The notes beneath the pieces are model-generated. The model was not told the DNA's origin. It worked only from the letters and a program-made list of their open reading frames with translations, and made no database searches. DNA of 64,000 bases, taken from Lama guanicoe. Taxonomy: Eukaryota. Positions 32,916-45,500 of this stretch are shown piece by piece (within the stretch, counting starts at the first letter, position 1; each line of letters starts with the position of its first letter). A program made the translations under genes and the position numbers. The DNA lies in assembly GCA_013239625.1 (NCBI GenBank), contig MU053304.1:1-64000 (forward strand), given 5' to 3'.

Positions 32916-35900
32916 AAAATGAGTTTAATGTATGTATGTATTTTCCAGTGTGTGGACCATGGAGAAAAATAGTGGAGTGGATATTAAGTCGCACTACACA
33001 CTGAGACACGGACCAGTGTGCATGATGTGTCTGCGTCTGGTCTCTGCCCAGTACAATCTCCCCACTGTTGCTGGCTTCCACATTTTCTCACTTTGACCAG
33101 TTCCACCTTAGAATGCCAGCAGGAGCTGAAGGGCTGGGATTTCTACTGGGGGCTGAGCACCCTAGCCCAGCAGCATAGGAAACCTCTACTGAGACAATTT
33201 GGTGTTTTAAAGCATGACAGTAGGCACCCCCACCCCCGATTCTCCTGCGAGGTAGGGAAAGGGTGCTGACTCAACACAGCTGAGTAAGAGCTTTCCCCCT
33301 GTCCTGGCCATCTGTGGGTTGCATCACACCTGTGGGAGATGGGGTGACTGTAACCCAAGGTAAGGTAAGCCACACAGGAGGCGGCCACGCTGACCCAGGC
33401 CTTGCTGCCCTCCCTGCCCAGGCCCCACCCCCATCGTGTGTCACATGGCTAAGGCAGCACCCCAGGGAGAAGCCTGCTGGCTCTACCTGTTGTTTATAGC
33501 TTGACCTGAGGCAGGGCATCTCGCAGGGAGCGGTTTCCCTTTCTATCAGTGGGAGTGTTCATACTCCCTTCCCTTCCTATAGGGAAGACTGAGGTCAAAT
33601 GAAACACTGCGTTTTGGCACCCAGGATAGCATTATTGCTGCTGCATGGTGTGAGGTAATGGGAGGGAAGAGGAGCCACCGCCATCTCTCTGCTCAGTGTG
33701 CAAAGCAGAGGAGCACACCCCTCACTGATCCCCATCTTGATTCCAGCAGCTTTTAAGTGGAAGTCGTTTCTGCATCACACCAATGCCTAACACTAAAGGC
33801 TGTGATGGAAAACACTGAGCTCACACCTGCACTGCAAGTGGCCAACTCCAACACGCACGCTGCAGCTGCAGGCTTGCTCCCATGAGGTCACTTCTGGCAC
33901 CTCTCGCTGGTTGAGTTGCCTCCAATTTCCCAAAGCACCCCCTCCCCCTCGATTTCCAGCTCCCCTTTCTCCTAACCAAGGCTTCACCGTGAACAAGAAA
34001 GGCATTCTTCACTCTAAGCTGGCAGTGTCAGTGGGAGGTCCAGAGCTCTCAGGTAACACTGCTACTTAGCCTGAGGAACTGGCATCAGGTTCAAGGTGCA
34101 GACACAGAATGTCATTTTAAAAGTACCGGAAAGTGCTGGTGTTGGTTTGAAGTTATCAGGGCTGCTGGGGAATATTCCCTCTGCTTATTGAGGTGATGGA
34201 AGAGGATAAGAACCAAGCAGAAGGGGATACAAATTCCATGCAGGGCTTTATCCAGGAGCCCCTGCTCTTTCTCCTGCCTGAATGTTGTGGCCACGAAAAG
34301 GCACCTCTTGGCTCTCAGCCACGGGAGCATTAATTGCCTGATGGCCCAGCTGCAGCCCCTGAGCCACCACTGCATCTGCACTGAGGCCACACCCCAGAGG
34401 GCTGCTCCCAGCCAGTGACTGAGCACTCGGAGGAGCCCGCAGGAGGTGAGACACCCCCAGCAGGCAACTGTGGCTGAAGGACCTCCCATCCGCCTGGCTG
34501 AACCTCATCTTAAAACTGGGCTGCAGCCTGAGACTCTTCCTCCCCAGCCCTCCTTCTCCTTCGCCCTCCTCCACAGGGGCTGAACCTGTATTGAGGTCTG
34601 AAGACATGCTTCCTGCCTTCTCTTCTTCTAATCCTGTCCTGGTGTCTGCTTCTCAGCAGACCTGATGTGACATGGGTCGTGCTGGAGTGAGTCTGAGAGG
34701 GGCAGAAAGATGGCATTTAGGGCTTGGCTCGCTCCTACCTTCTGAGTGGAAGGTGGGGCATGGAGAGTCCAGGGTGCAAAGTGGGGGCACAAATGCTCAC
34801 AGACTCACCAGTGGCGACCTGGGAAAGAGCCTTTGCTCGATGTTGATTCAAGCATTTGAAAGCCCAGGAGGCAAAGCATCTGCCCAAGCCCTGCCGCCCA
34901 CTGGCTCCTGGGAGGCGAGCTGAAGCCCAGCAGGCGGACGACGACAGACTGAGCGCCCTCAACCAGCAACTGCAGGCCAAGTGGAAGGGGCTGAGGGCCT
35001 CTTTGGCAGTTTACAGAAAGGTGGCCCCCGTTCCCCAGGGAGGGCCAGCGACACCCCTGTGCTGCAAGACCTGCAGAGGTCCCACCTTCTCCTCGAAAGC
35101 ATCCTCCACCTCACTTCTGGGGCTTCCAGGCCCTTAACTAGCTTTGAATGCCAGAGTAATCCAGCCAGGGATGTGCTGGGCCTGAATAAGGGAGGAAAGA
35201 GATAATATACCAAGAGTGTGAACGATTTGAGGGGCTTGATCAAAGGGGCTGAGAAATAAGAAGAGATGAGCAAGAATTCACTCCTTTGGGCACATTTTCC
35301 TGGGATGTGGGATTCAACACCCTTTCAAAGACCCTAGGGGATGGGGCAAACTCAGTGCTGGGGTGGTCCGTAGAAGACTGCAGAAAGTGACAGCTAAGGT
35401 TGAACAAGAGGGCATGAGCCACCTGGCAGCAGCAGAAGGAGTAAAGAGGCTGAGGGAGGGGGCCATGAAGGGTCCAGAAGACCCAGCAGAGGCCTATGCT
35501 CTATGGAGGCCTCACAGGACACCCGCTTCACCAGGGTCATCAGAAATGTGCAGGTGAGAGGGAAGCCAGCATCATTTAGGAGTTTGGTGGTGGCTCTGCT
35601 CTGCAGGTCAGAGAGGACAGCAGGGGAGGCAGTCACAGAGCTGGGCTCATTAACACCCAGGGGGCTGATGAAAGACCACTGGGGAGAATGGTCCAAGAGC
35701 CTCAGTACTTACTCAGAAAAACACCTTTGCTGATGGATTGAATTTGGCAAAGATAAATACTAAAATGATTAGCAATTATATTGCAAGAAATGCCCAGATA
35801 AAAACAGTAGTCTCAATAATTAATTGTACCAAACTGACATTCAGCTAATTGCTTTTACATGCAGAACCTCACCTTTCTGCTCCTGTTGCCTTCATGTTAC

Positions 35901-37651
35901 CTGGCTGAGAACACGGGCCACTTAGGGCCTGGGATGGCAGAGCCTCATTTCCTAAACACCAATACTGAGATTCAGACAGCCTAGGGGAATTGCCCCTCAA
36001 AGTAAACAGAGGAACACACACAGGGCAGAGCCTGGGAGAGAGGAGAAAGTCACAGCCACGCTCAGGGGGTTCTCCATGCTTTACTTCACAATTCACAAGC
36101 AGAGAGGAGTCTGCCTTTGGACAGAGTGCACGTGGCTGAGGGCTGCCAAAGGCGTGTGCACCAGCCTCTTCCCTACTCCGTACGCTGCTAGCTGCAGCCC
36201 CAGCTCATGGATGCCGCCCTGCTGGCACTGAGAAAACAGAAGGCATGAGATGATTTTTCTGTTTGGGAAGGAGAAGCAATCAACACTCGCCATGGGCGTT
36301 CCATCTGCTAGGGCGGTGACTATGTCTGTAACATGCCATCCCAATCTATCCCCACGACAGTCATGTGAGAAGCATCATTAGTCGCATTGTTCTTAACAGA
36401 TGAAGAAACCTGAAGCTTGGGAGGTTAGAAAATGTGTCCACGGGTTCAGAATGAACCCAAAAACTGCCTCTAAGACTAGCAAAAGAGAACCATAGAGAGG
36501 GGCCATCGAGGCATCTGACTGTCACACTTTCCTAGATCATGGCTCCTTTCCAGTTTTGTACATAAATGTTTTCTTTTACAGGTCTTTGGGGTCCAAAGAT
36601 TATCAATACTATCATTCCTACATTCTCTCCTACACTGCTTAGTCTGATACTATGCTAGGAGTTGGGGATTAGGCCAAAAAACAGAGCTAGGCTATTTTCT
36701 CCGATCAGCTTCAAAGACAAGTAAGTTGTTGTCACTGGACCTCTGAACTGCTCAGTCACAGACTTAAAAGATGGTGCCCTTCTCCCACTGAACAAAAACT
36801 CTGTCAACTTTATTCCCAAAGAGCAGAGAGTCAGGCCAGAACTAAGAGTATATAAACACCCCTGGGTCTGATCCCCTTGTTTCTGCGGCCACACTCTGTG
36901 TGTCTGGGGCGGCTGTCCACTGCCATCCAGTGAGCACCAGCCCAGGGAGCTCAGGGCGGCAATGATGGGGGGTGGGGCAGAGCGGCTCCCCAAGCAGCTT
37001 ACGGCTTACACTTCTCTCACTCCCCAACAATGCCTGCCCTGCCACCAAGGGACTGTCCTTGTGCTCAACTGTCCCTGTCAGTCCTTGACCCCAGAGAAGT
37101 CTAGCCCTACTTCTCTGCTGAACTATTAGAAGCTGAGATGGTATCTTTGACACAATGGCCTAGAAATCCTGGAGCTGTCTTCCAGAAACAGTGCCATCCA
37201 AGAGGAGGAATGATGGTGTTAAAGGATGTTTGGTCAACCTTCCCTAAATGATTAATTTGGTGGGAACTGAGGGTACACAATAGTTTATGGTGTCATCCTT
37301 CTAAAGATAAATTACAAAGAATAATAATGCCCTGAAAGTAATCTGAATGGAGATTTGATCAAGAAAGCAGCCACTAACCCAGCTTCCACCCATAACACAG
37401 GAAGAGTTCATGAGGAAGACATGAGTTTCTCTTCTGGAAGGTAATGTACAGTTCCATTGGCATATGCCTATTTGATCTTTCCATTGGATAAAATTAAATA
37501 GCTTGGACATTTAAATAATTAGTCCTCAAGTCCACATTGGGACTATTCTTGTCATCAACTGGAGTTTCCAAAAGTAGTGACCTGGGACATCAATTGTCTT
37601 TCATCTATTCTCTTCCCAGACTTAACATGATAATGCTGACCCGGCCTCACA

Positions 37652-37820
37652 CAGCTGTGGCAAGTGACCTTGAGCAAGTTACTTACGTTCCCTAGACCTC
37701 AGCTTCTGCAGATGCAACAATAATAAAAGAAAACTCTTCAGGCTGTCATGAGGATTAAATGGGAAGACAAATGTAATGTCCCCAGGACTGTGCCTAACAC
37801 ATAGCAGGTGTTCAATGCTG
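37652..37820 (+). mobile_element. MIR SINE
   Basis: MIR text gtgaccttgagcaagttactta...cctcagc...tgaggattaaatg...gtgcctaacacatagcaggtgttcaa. Confidence 0.7.
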
Positions 37821-38437
37821 GCTGCCACCACCATTCGTCATCATCATCATCAGGGGCGTGCTCCCTTTTTCCTCACTCATCACCACCTCCACTGTCCCAC
37901 ACACAAATACACAGAGTCAAGGAGGCAGCCTGTGATGAAGAAAAGAGACTGTCAAACTATGCCAGGCGCTGTCTTTCCAAGAAGGCCACCAACTTAAATC
38001 TCTGTAAGTACCCAGAAATCCCCCAGCTCTAAAATTCACAAGGTAGACTGTCACAACAAACCTATAAGCATAGTGTAGTCAGAGCGAACTACAAGAAAAG
38101 CCGACGTCATACAGTGAGCTAAATTAGCAGCCCTGTGATTGGAGACGAAGAAGGGGGCGGGCCTATGAAAGCTGGAGCCGGGAAAGGAAGGTCTGCTTCG
38201 GCATATACTTTTAATACATTACATCTGCTCCTCCCACACAGGTATTTCAAGTCCTGTATTTAGGGGCAAAAGAGATTTCGCAGGGGAAATGTTTTTGTGC
38301 CAGCTATTTTCAAGCACAGTTGCTAAAAGTGTGATTCCCTCCCTGACAACCCCTTTGTCGGGGAAGGCCGGTGTAACCCCCTGGGCACGACCTCTGCAGG
38401 ACATGGTGAGGTGACACTTTGCCACAGAATGGCTTAC

Positions 38438-38517
38438 TTGTTGCTGTCACGGTACTCGTAGATGTGACATCCTTGAGGCAATCCAGTCTCGTGGTCCAGA
38501 GTGAAAGCAAGTTTTGG
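38438..38517 (-). CDS. DIS3L2: DIS3L2 internal coding exon (human-equivalent exon 14), PKLAFTLDHETGLPQGCHIYEYRDSN(K), RNB domain
   Basis: The minus strand reads pyrimidine tract...tttag|CCAAAACTTGCTTTCACTCTGGACCAC...AGCAACAA|gtaagc. The exon is 80 nt and ends in phase 2, matching the next exon's leading G (AA|G = Lys). The peptide matches recalled mammalian DIS3L2. It is not shown in-frame in the ORF track. Confidence 0.95.
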
Positions 38518-38714
38518 CTAAACAGAGAAGAAGAAAAAAACAAGTAAGTTTTAGGTAGCAGGCTCCATTCATTCTGACAGCTGAAATGAAACAAAAAAAG
38601 TCACGCAAAATCACACTCTCTCGAGATGTGTTGTGAAGAACCTGCCCCTCTGGGAAGAGCCCGCACCTTACCAGGGACACTGTTGCCAACGAGGATTGTT
38701 ACCAGGACTCTACC

Positions 38715-39650
38715 TCTTCATTCAGCATGCACCTAATTTCTTATTAAGCACCTACTTTGTGCCAGATACTGAGCTAGCTGATGGGGAAAGAACAGTGAAC
38801 AGTAGCAGAGAGGATCTTATTATGGTCTAGTAGAAGAGACAGACATTAATCACATAATCACAATAATGAATGAAAAAAATCTTTATATAGAAAACTTTAA
38901 AACAGGTTCTCTGAAGCAGGGAAAAAAATCTCCTATGTTTCTACAGAAGTAAATAACCTAACCAAGACTGGGAATGAGGGAAGGAGGAGGAGTCACCTAG
39001 ATCATGGGGAGGATGGATGGGGTGGACAGGGAGAGAAGAGGGCTCTCCTCAGCAGAGAGCACGTGTAGAGCGGCTTTGGTGCAGGAGTTGTGGGAACTGA
39101 AGGATGAACACAGGAGACACAGTGGGCAATGATGCTGGGGAGGAAGGCCAGGGCAGGACATGCAGGACATTCTTGGCCACCTTAGAATTTGCGGCCTTTA
39201 TCTTCACAGCAAAGGAAAGCCTCTGACATGTTTTGAGGAAGGGTTGGGTGACATAATCTAAGTTATGTTTTAGCACAATCCCTCTGGCAACTGCGGAAAG
39301 AAAAGACTGTAGGGCAGAGAGTAGAAGCAGGAGCCCTGCAGGCGGCTCCTGAGTAGTGCAGGTGAGCGGAGGGGCAGGGCTGGGACTACCGGGCAGGGGG
39401 GCAAGATGACAGGGAATGGACCATCTGAGATCTTAGAAGAAAATCTGTAGAAGGAGGATCGACAGCATATGCTGATGGATTTGGTGTTGGGGAGCAGTGA
39501 GGTTAGAAAAGAAGAAATCAAGGATGATTCAAGTTTCTGATTTAACCCTCCAGGCAGGTGTTTGTTTCATTGCTGAGTGGGAAGACTGAATCTGGGGATG
39601 GGTAGAGTCTCAAAAGTCTGACTTTGGACATCTTGACTTGGCAGCACTCA
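38715..39650 (-). mobile_element. L2 LINE 3' remnant
   Basis: It opens with the reverse L2 tail (cattcagca...attaagcacctactttgtgccagatactg) and continues with purine-rich L2-like text. Boundaries are approximate. Confidence 0.65.
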
Positions 39651-42001
39651 TTAGCTTTTTCTGATTAGGGAAGATTAAGAAGAAGAACTCTGGTAATAAA
39701 TTAAGTCTTGGTGTCTTTCTGGATTCTGAGGGGAGTGCTCAGGTGTTGCTGGGAAGCCGGAGCTCAGCAAGTTGTGTGTGTCTTGCTAGAACCGAACCGG
39801 CTATGGCAGCACTAACATTTCCAAATGCAGAGCCAGTTACCAGATTTACAAATTCACTGGGTTTTAAAATCACCAGGGAAATTTTAACTAAAATTAACTG
39901 CACATTAGGAGGATACCTTATTGTAATTTTTTTTTTTAACTGCAAGGCTGTTAACACAGCTAATGATCTGCATCATTAGATGCTGGACGATTTTTTCTCT
40001 TCCTTAGAGGGAAACGAGCTTGTAGGAATGGCTTGTCCTCTCACTGACCCAGATGAAAACACGAAAACAGAAACAAGCCCTTCTTTACCATCATGAAGCC
40101 AAGAACTTCAAGTCAAAGGCATGTTTTCCCTACAGACCACTGCCTGGATTTTCCCAGCCCTCTTTCAGTAAAATAGAAAATTATTATTTAAAAAATCTAT
40201 TAATTACAACCCTTTTTTCTATATTTCCCTCTTTGCAGATAAGGTCAGGCCTATGTTCATTTAGTCCATTTCAAAGACTGCATTGCTTAGAAATTTTCAA
40301 ATCCTTTGACTCAGTGATTAAAGTTATAAATTTATGGCTCAGAAAAATTATCATAAATGCAGGAGGGAAAGTGTTTTTTTTTCAAAACTGTTCACCTCAG
40401 TATTATTTATTGGAAAGCTTCTAAAAAATCAGCAGTAGAATGATTAAATAAACCATACCACAGTCACATGCAGAATAGCATGCAACCGTTCAACTGTTTT
40501 ATGAAGAATTTTTATTCATCTGGGAAAATACTTGGGTTACAAGAAAAGAAGCAGGATGCATATTTGATAAAACCCTCTCAAAAAAAACCCCCACTACAAA
40601 CAAAAAGAACAAACACTGCATAAAAAACGGGAAGGAAGATAACAAAATGGCAACAGTGATTGCTTTACTTTCTTTGTATTTTCTAAATTCTTTATGACAA
40701 GCATGATGAGATACAAGCTGCTGTCCTTAGTCATGAAGGAATTATGGGAAATTTAATCCCGGGGGATTCTCAAGGTCAAGAAACGATGTATATACCAATT
40801 CAACAGGAAGGTGAGTAAGCAGAGGTGGTGATGGGGAGGAGGAGAGAGGAAATGGGGACAGAAGAGTACGCACACTTACTGAATGGAGAACTCACACTTA
40901 CTGAATGCCTACCAAGTAAAGGCTGTCCTTTATCCCGACCACAACCACCTGAATTTAGGTATTACTGTTTCCTTTTTACAGGTGATGAACGTGAGGTGGA
41001 TAAAAGTTAAATAATTTGTGTGCAGGGATGAAGATATACCTACAGACTTGGTGTGAGGCAGGTGGTGCGGGGAATGGTGGTAGTTCGGAATGTTCCAGTT
41101 TGATTTTTGTTCTTTTCTGAGAAGTAGGAGGCCAAATTATCTGCAAGGAATAGAGGGTTTGGTGAGAGAAGGAATGAAAGTTGGAAGAAAGTGATGGTTT
41201 GAAACTGCGTTTTTGGAGAAGAGGAAAGACAGCTGACCAGGGAAGAGTGTAAGGACAGCCAGGGAGCATTAAGGTCTAGCTGAGGCCACAGGGTCTGAAG
41301 TTATTACAGCAACCATGTGCCCAGCTGTTGATTTTTTTCTAGTAACCTAGACAGTAGCATGAAGAAAGGAAGGTTGGTGCAGAGCAGAGTATTTTCCAGA
41401 AAGGAATGAGGGAAGAATAGGTTAAGGTATGAGGGGAGAATAGGTTTGAGGGATCAAGAGGGTAGAGATAGGATACTGACAACAGACGGACCAGGGACCC
41501 TACGGAGGAACAGGCAGGAAATAAAAGTGGAAGGAACTGATTGGAAGAAAACCGAAGGGCCTGAGTATTGTAGGGAGCTAATATTTTTTGAGTACATCCT
41601 CTATCCTACACATCTTTCATGTGTGACTTTATTTAATTCTCCCAACAACCCTATCCTTACGTTGCTGAGGAGTTTAAGTAAATTAGCAAGTAAGTGGCAG
41701 AAGTGAAATGTGGTCCACATTGCCAACTACTGGGTTATACTGGCTTCCTAGGTGTCCACAAGGTCAAAGGGAGGATTTGTGGGAGTCACTGGGTGAGGGT
41801 GTGGGAGGGACTGGAGGCTGTGATCAGAGAGCAGGCCATGTCTGATCTTGTAGATAAAACAGTCAACCACAAGATCCAAGAAGTCAAGAAATGGGGAGTC
41901 AGAGGTCGGGGTGGGGGGTCCTCAGTGAGGGGTCTGAAATTCATCCAGGATGATGACATGCTGTTTCCCAGGTAAACCAATCCACAAAGTGTGTCCCTGC
42001 G

Positions 42002-42033
42002 GGTGTGTAGGTGTGTGTAGGTGTGTGTAGGTG
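42002..42033. repeat. Short tandem repeat, 10-bp unit gtgtgtgtag x3
   Basis: Directly visible. Confidence 0.85.
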
Positions 42034-42235
42034 CCTACTATGTGCAAGGTTCAATACATGAATGAATCAGTCCAACTGGTCCCTATAGCAGACACAGGTG
42101 CATATCCAGTAGTCATTTCCTCCTTCAAAATTCAGCTATACACCCTCCCACCCCAGACCAGGGAACTCAGGGGGAAGCAGATCCAGTCTCCAGGGCTGGG
42201 CCTGGCAGTTCTAAGATAATCTTACATATCTTTCA

Positions 42236-42510
42236 GTAGCTGGTCAGGAACCCAAGCCAATCAGTGCATGGGATTTCCTGGCCCTAGGAACTGGTTCAAG
42301 AATTGACATGTGATCCAACCAAGGCCAATGTTTGTTGGGTGCTTCTGGGCACAAGGGCCAGAATTGCTATAACTAGCCTGCTACCAGCCTGAGAAGGGAG
42401 CCAACTCACAAAGGAAGCAGACTCAAAAGACATGTAGAAGAGCAGAGCCAGAGCCCTGATGGAGCCGTGCCTGGCTTCCGCCAGCCCTTCCGGCCTCGAC
42501 AGCTCTTTCG
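42236..42510. mobile_element. Possible ERVL LTR16-like fragment
   Basis: Motifs cccaagccaatcag...ctggttcaag..gacatgtgatccaa..aggccaat and cagcctgag..ggagccaac recall LTR16-class repeats. Recognised from memory only. Confidence 0.4.
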
Positions 42511-45500
42511 TAATTGCTCATTATTTCTCTGCTCTCACTAATCCACTCTCCACAACACAGCTGAGATATCGTTCTAAAACACAAGCCTGATGACACCTCC
42601 CTCTCTAAGGGCTTTGATGGCTTCCTGCTGCCTATATGCCTGCCATATAGAAATGAATTAAACACAGTCCAGGCCCTCTGGGGATTGGTTGCATGAACAA
42701 ATATGGACTGTGGCAGAGGGATGGGAGGGGTGGGCATGTGCTGAGGAGAGTGTGCCAACCAGAGAAGACCTCAGGGTAGTGACAGGAGTATTAAAGGAGA
42801 AATAAGTCGGCTGGACAGGGAAGAGAGCCCCTCCTTCATCCTGCTGCAAAGCTCCTCCTACACTTTGTGAGTTTGGACCCTGCCACAGCTCTCACACCTC
42901 TGGGCCCTTCCTCATGCCACGACTGCTTCTGGGAGAGCCCTTTCTGTTTGTCCCAGCAAGAGTAAAACACATCCTTCGAGCTTCTCTTTGTAAAAGTGGA
43001 TCTTTTATTATTCGCTCCTCTGGTAACTGGAGGCAGTGCTGCTCTCCCCAGTGAGGTCGGGGTGTGCAGCTTCACCAGGAACCCCGGGCACTCAGTGCCT
43101 TCATCTCTGTCACAGCAGGTGCCCAAAGCCTATCACTGGGCTGAGTTGCAGAGCAGACGTAGACCATCTTGTTTACCTGTCAACAACTAACTGCTCTAGT
43201 CATTTAATTTACAGACACAGAATCATACCCCCGCAGGCTCCCGATGTCACCCAGTCTCATCCCTGAGTTTATTACTCCTCTCGCTTCTGTAACGGGACTC
43301 CACCTCACATTTGCCTCCACCAGTACCTGTGCCACCAGACTATCAGCCGTAGCACAAATCCTCTCTGTGCCCAGTGCTCCCATTTTGCCAGTGTCTTTGA
43401 AGAGGCACGCAGTCCTTCACTGGATAGTATTTACTGACTACATCCCACCAGCCAGTCACGGCAAAAAAACAGGCAGGCTTATAGGCTACCACCTGCACCA
43501 GTGCTGGCTCTCACCAAGGCCTGTGGGGATCTACCCACGGAGAGGCTTCAAGGGAAGTCGGCTGCAAGGATGACAGCTGCTCTGGGGCTTCACGAGATCC
43601 GGCTTTCCCTTTCCAGAGGCAGCTGCCACGTCAAGCAGAAGAGCCCGCCATGAGTCGATCTTTTTCCTGGGAGGACAGTTTCCAACCACACAACATTCCT
43701 GGTACTATGTGAGGAGGGAAGGCAGCGAAGGCAGTAATGAGGCTGCTCTGTCAGCCTCCACCAGCAGAGGAAGGAGGCCTTGAAATGCGACTGGCTAGAG
43801 GCAAGGCTTTCCTCTGGACAAAGGACCAACCAATCTCTCCTGAGCAGGGAGTGGAAGAGCCTTCTACTCCCAGGGGCTCAGGCTAGATTGCAAAGGAGGG
43901 CAGGCTCTCGGCAGCCAGGGTGGCTCCTGCTGGGGCCCCTTCTGACCTAGCCTTCCTGCCCTAGCATGGGCCCCAGGGACACCAGTGCCGTGGGCGAGCT
44001 GATGGGGCTGGAGGGGGTGGAGGGGGCTAGGAGCCTCAGGAGAGGAAGTCCTTCCCCACGTGCTGTGGGAACGCGGGGTAAAGGCCCTGTTGGGGTTGTT
44101 GGGCCTGCACACGGTCCTCTTTCAGCACCTCTGGGCGCTGGGTCGGGGAGGGTGGCAAGGGAGGCAGCAGGGCCATTCTCCCAGCTGGTGGCAACAGGTG
44201 AGCAATAAGAATGACTGATTCAGGGCTAAGCAGGGCTTCCTCAGGGTTCTCGCTTGAGAAAGAGCCTTCAGGTGAACCTAAGGGAAGAATGAATGCCCTG
44301 GGCTAAGCAGCAGAGGGGCCCACGGAGTCATTTAATGTAACTATGAAAGGGGACATGACTTCACCTTGTATGCGGCCCAGTGAAGCCAACGGGCCAGATT
44401 ATACTCAGAACTAAAAGACAGTAAATGGACGGGACAGGAAAGGTGGCTGAGAGTGGCTTGCCAGATGTTCCCTGGGCTAGTGAGCAAATCCGTCTTCATT
44501 TCACTCAGGTACACAGTTGGCTTTCCCAAACAGCCACACTCCTGGAGAACATACACACAGGCTACTTGGTACTAAACTCCATCAGCTAAGTAATACCAGT
44601 TCAGAGCCTCTGGTGCTTTTGAAAATGCTGGTCTGACCTTGGAAGGGTAAGAAATGGGTTAGGAAGTTTAAGAATTGCCTGTCTCGCCTACAGTAGCTCC
44701 ACAGTGACCTCTGACGGGCAACCGGTCTCCTTCTGACCATGGCCTGGACGGCGCTTGCAGGTCGGGCAGAAGAGGGTGGTTCCCCTCTCTGCAGCCTGCT
44801 CTGTGACCAAACAGGGGTGACCTCCATGACCCAGCTCTGACTTCCTCTCACGGGGGTGTAATAAGAGAGGTAGCTGGTGAAAGGAGAGTGTGAGTTCTGG
44901 GGCCAGGATCGCTCTAGTTCAAACCAACATGGGTTCTCCGGGAGGCCTATGAGCTTGTTTCAGTCTGCTAGCTATTAGGACCAAGGTTCAAACGCAGGTC
45001 AAGGACCAGGCTGGGAAGCCTCCAGCCTCTCCATGGTCAACTCTTCCCCTCACCGTCCACTGGTCTTGCAGGGTGTCCAACTCCCTTAAGATGAAAGTGG
45101 CAAACCCCATCACAGTTCAGACATTTCAGGTATGCCACTTAATGCATACTTACAAAGAACAGAAAAGTTACTTCTACCTGAGCCTTGGTTTTGTAATTGA
45201 AAAATCTTATTAGGAGGAAATCTTCCCATTCTCTGAGGTGATCTTTAGTTTTTCTTCTTTAGTTTTCGTTGTTTGGTTTGGATTTCCTAAGCATTATTTC
45301 TTTTTTTCCATCTCCTCTCTGCTTTCTTTTATAAGACAAAGATGCTGTGGACTTGGCTTCCACTTGGTTCACAAATGATTCTATGGCAATGTATTAAGTT
45401 TCTTTCTCCTAAGTCCACTGAAGTCTTTTTGGACTTGGAGAGAGCTTTTTAAGAAAGAACTTGCTCATTCAGCAGGATTTTCCTCCCCACCCCAAGCTCT

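Noticed and set aside
34856..35137. ORF containing helical-looking AQQADDDRLSALNQQLQAKWKGLRASL
   Set aside because: It is short, has no recognised homologue, a non-ATG start and no poly(A)/TSD hallmarks of a retrocopy. A tblastn or HMM search would settle it.
38195..38209. gcttcggcatatact resembling the U6 5' end
   Set aside because: Only 15 nt, it needs a 5-nt gap to align, and it has no further U6 sequence, tail or TSD. Consistent with chance.
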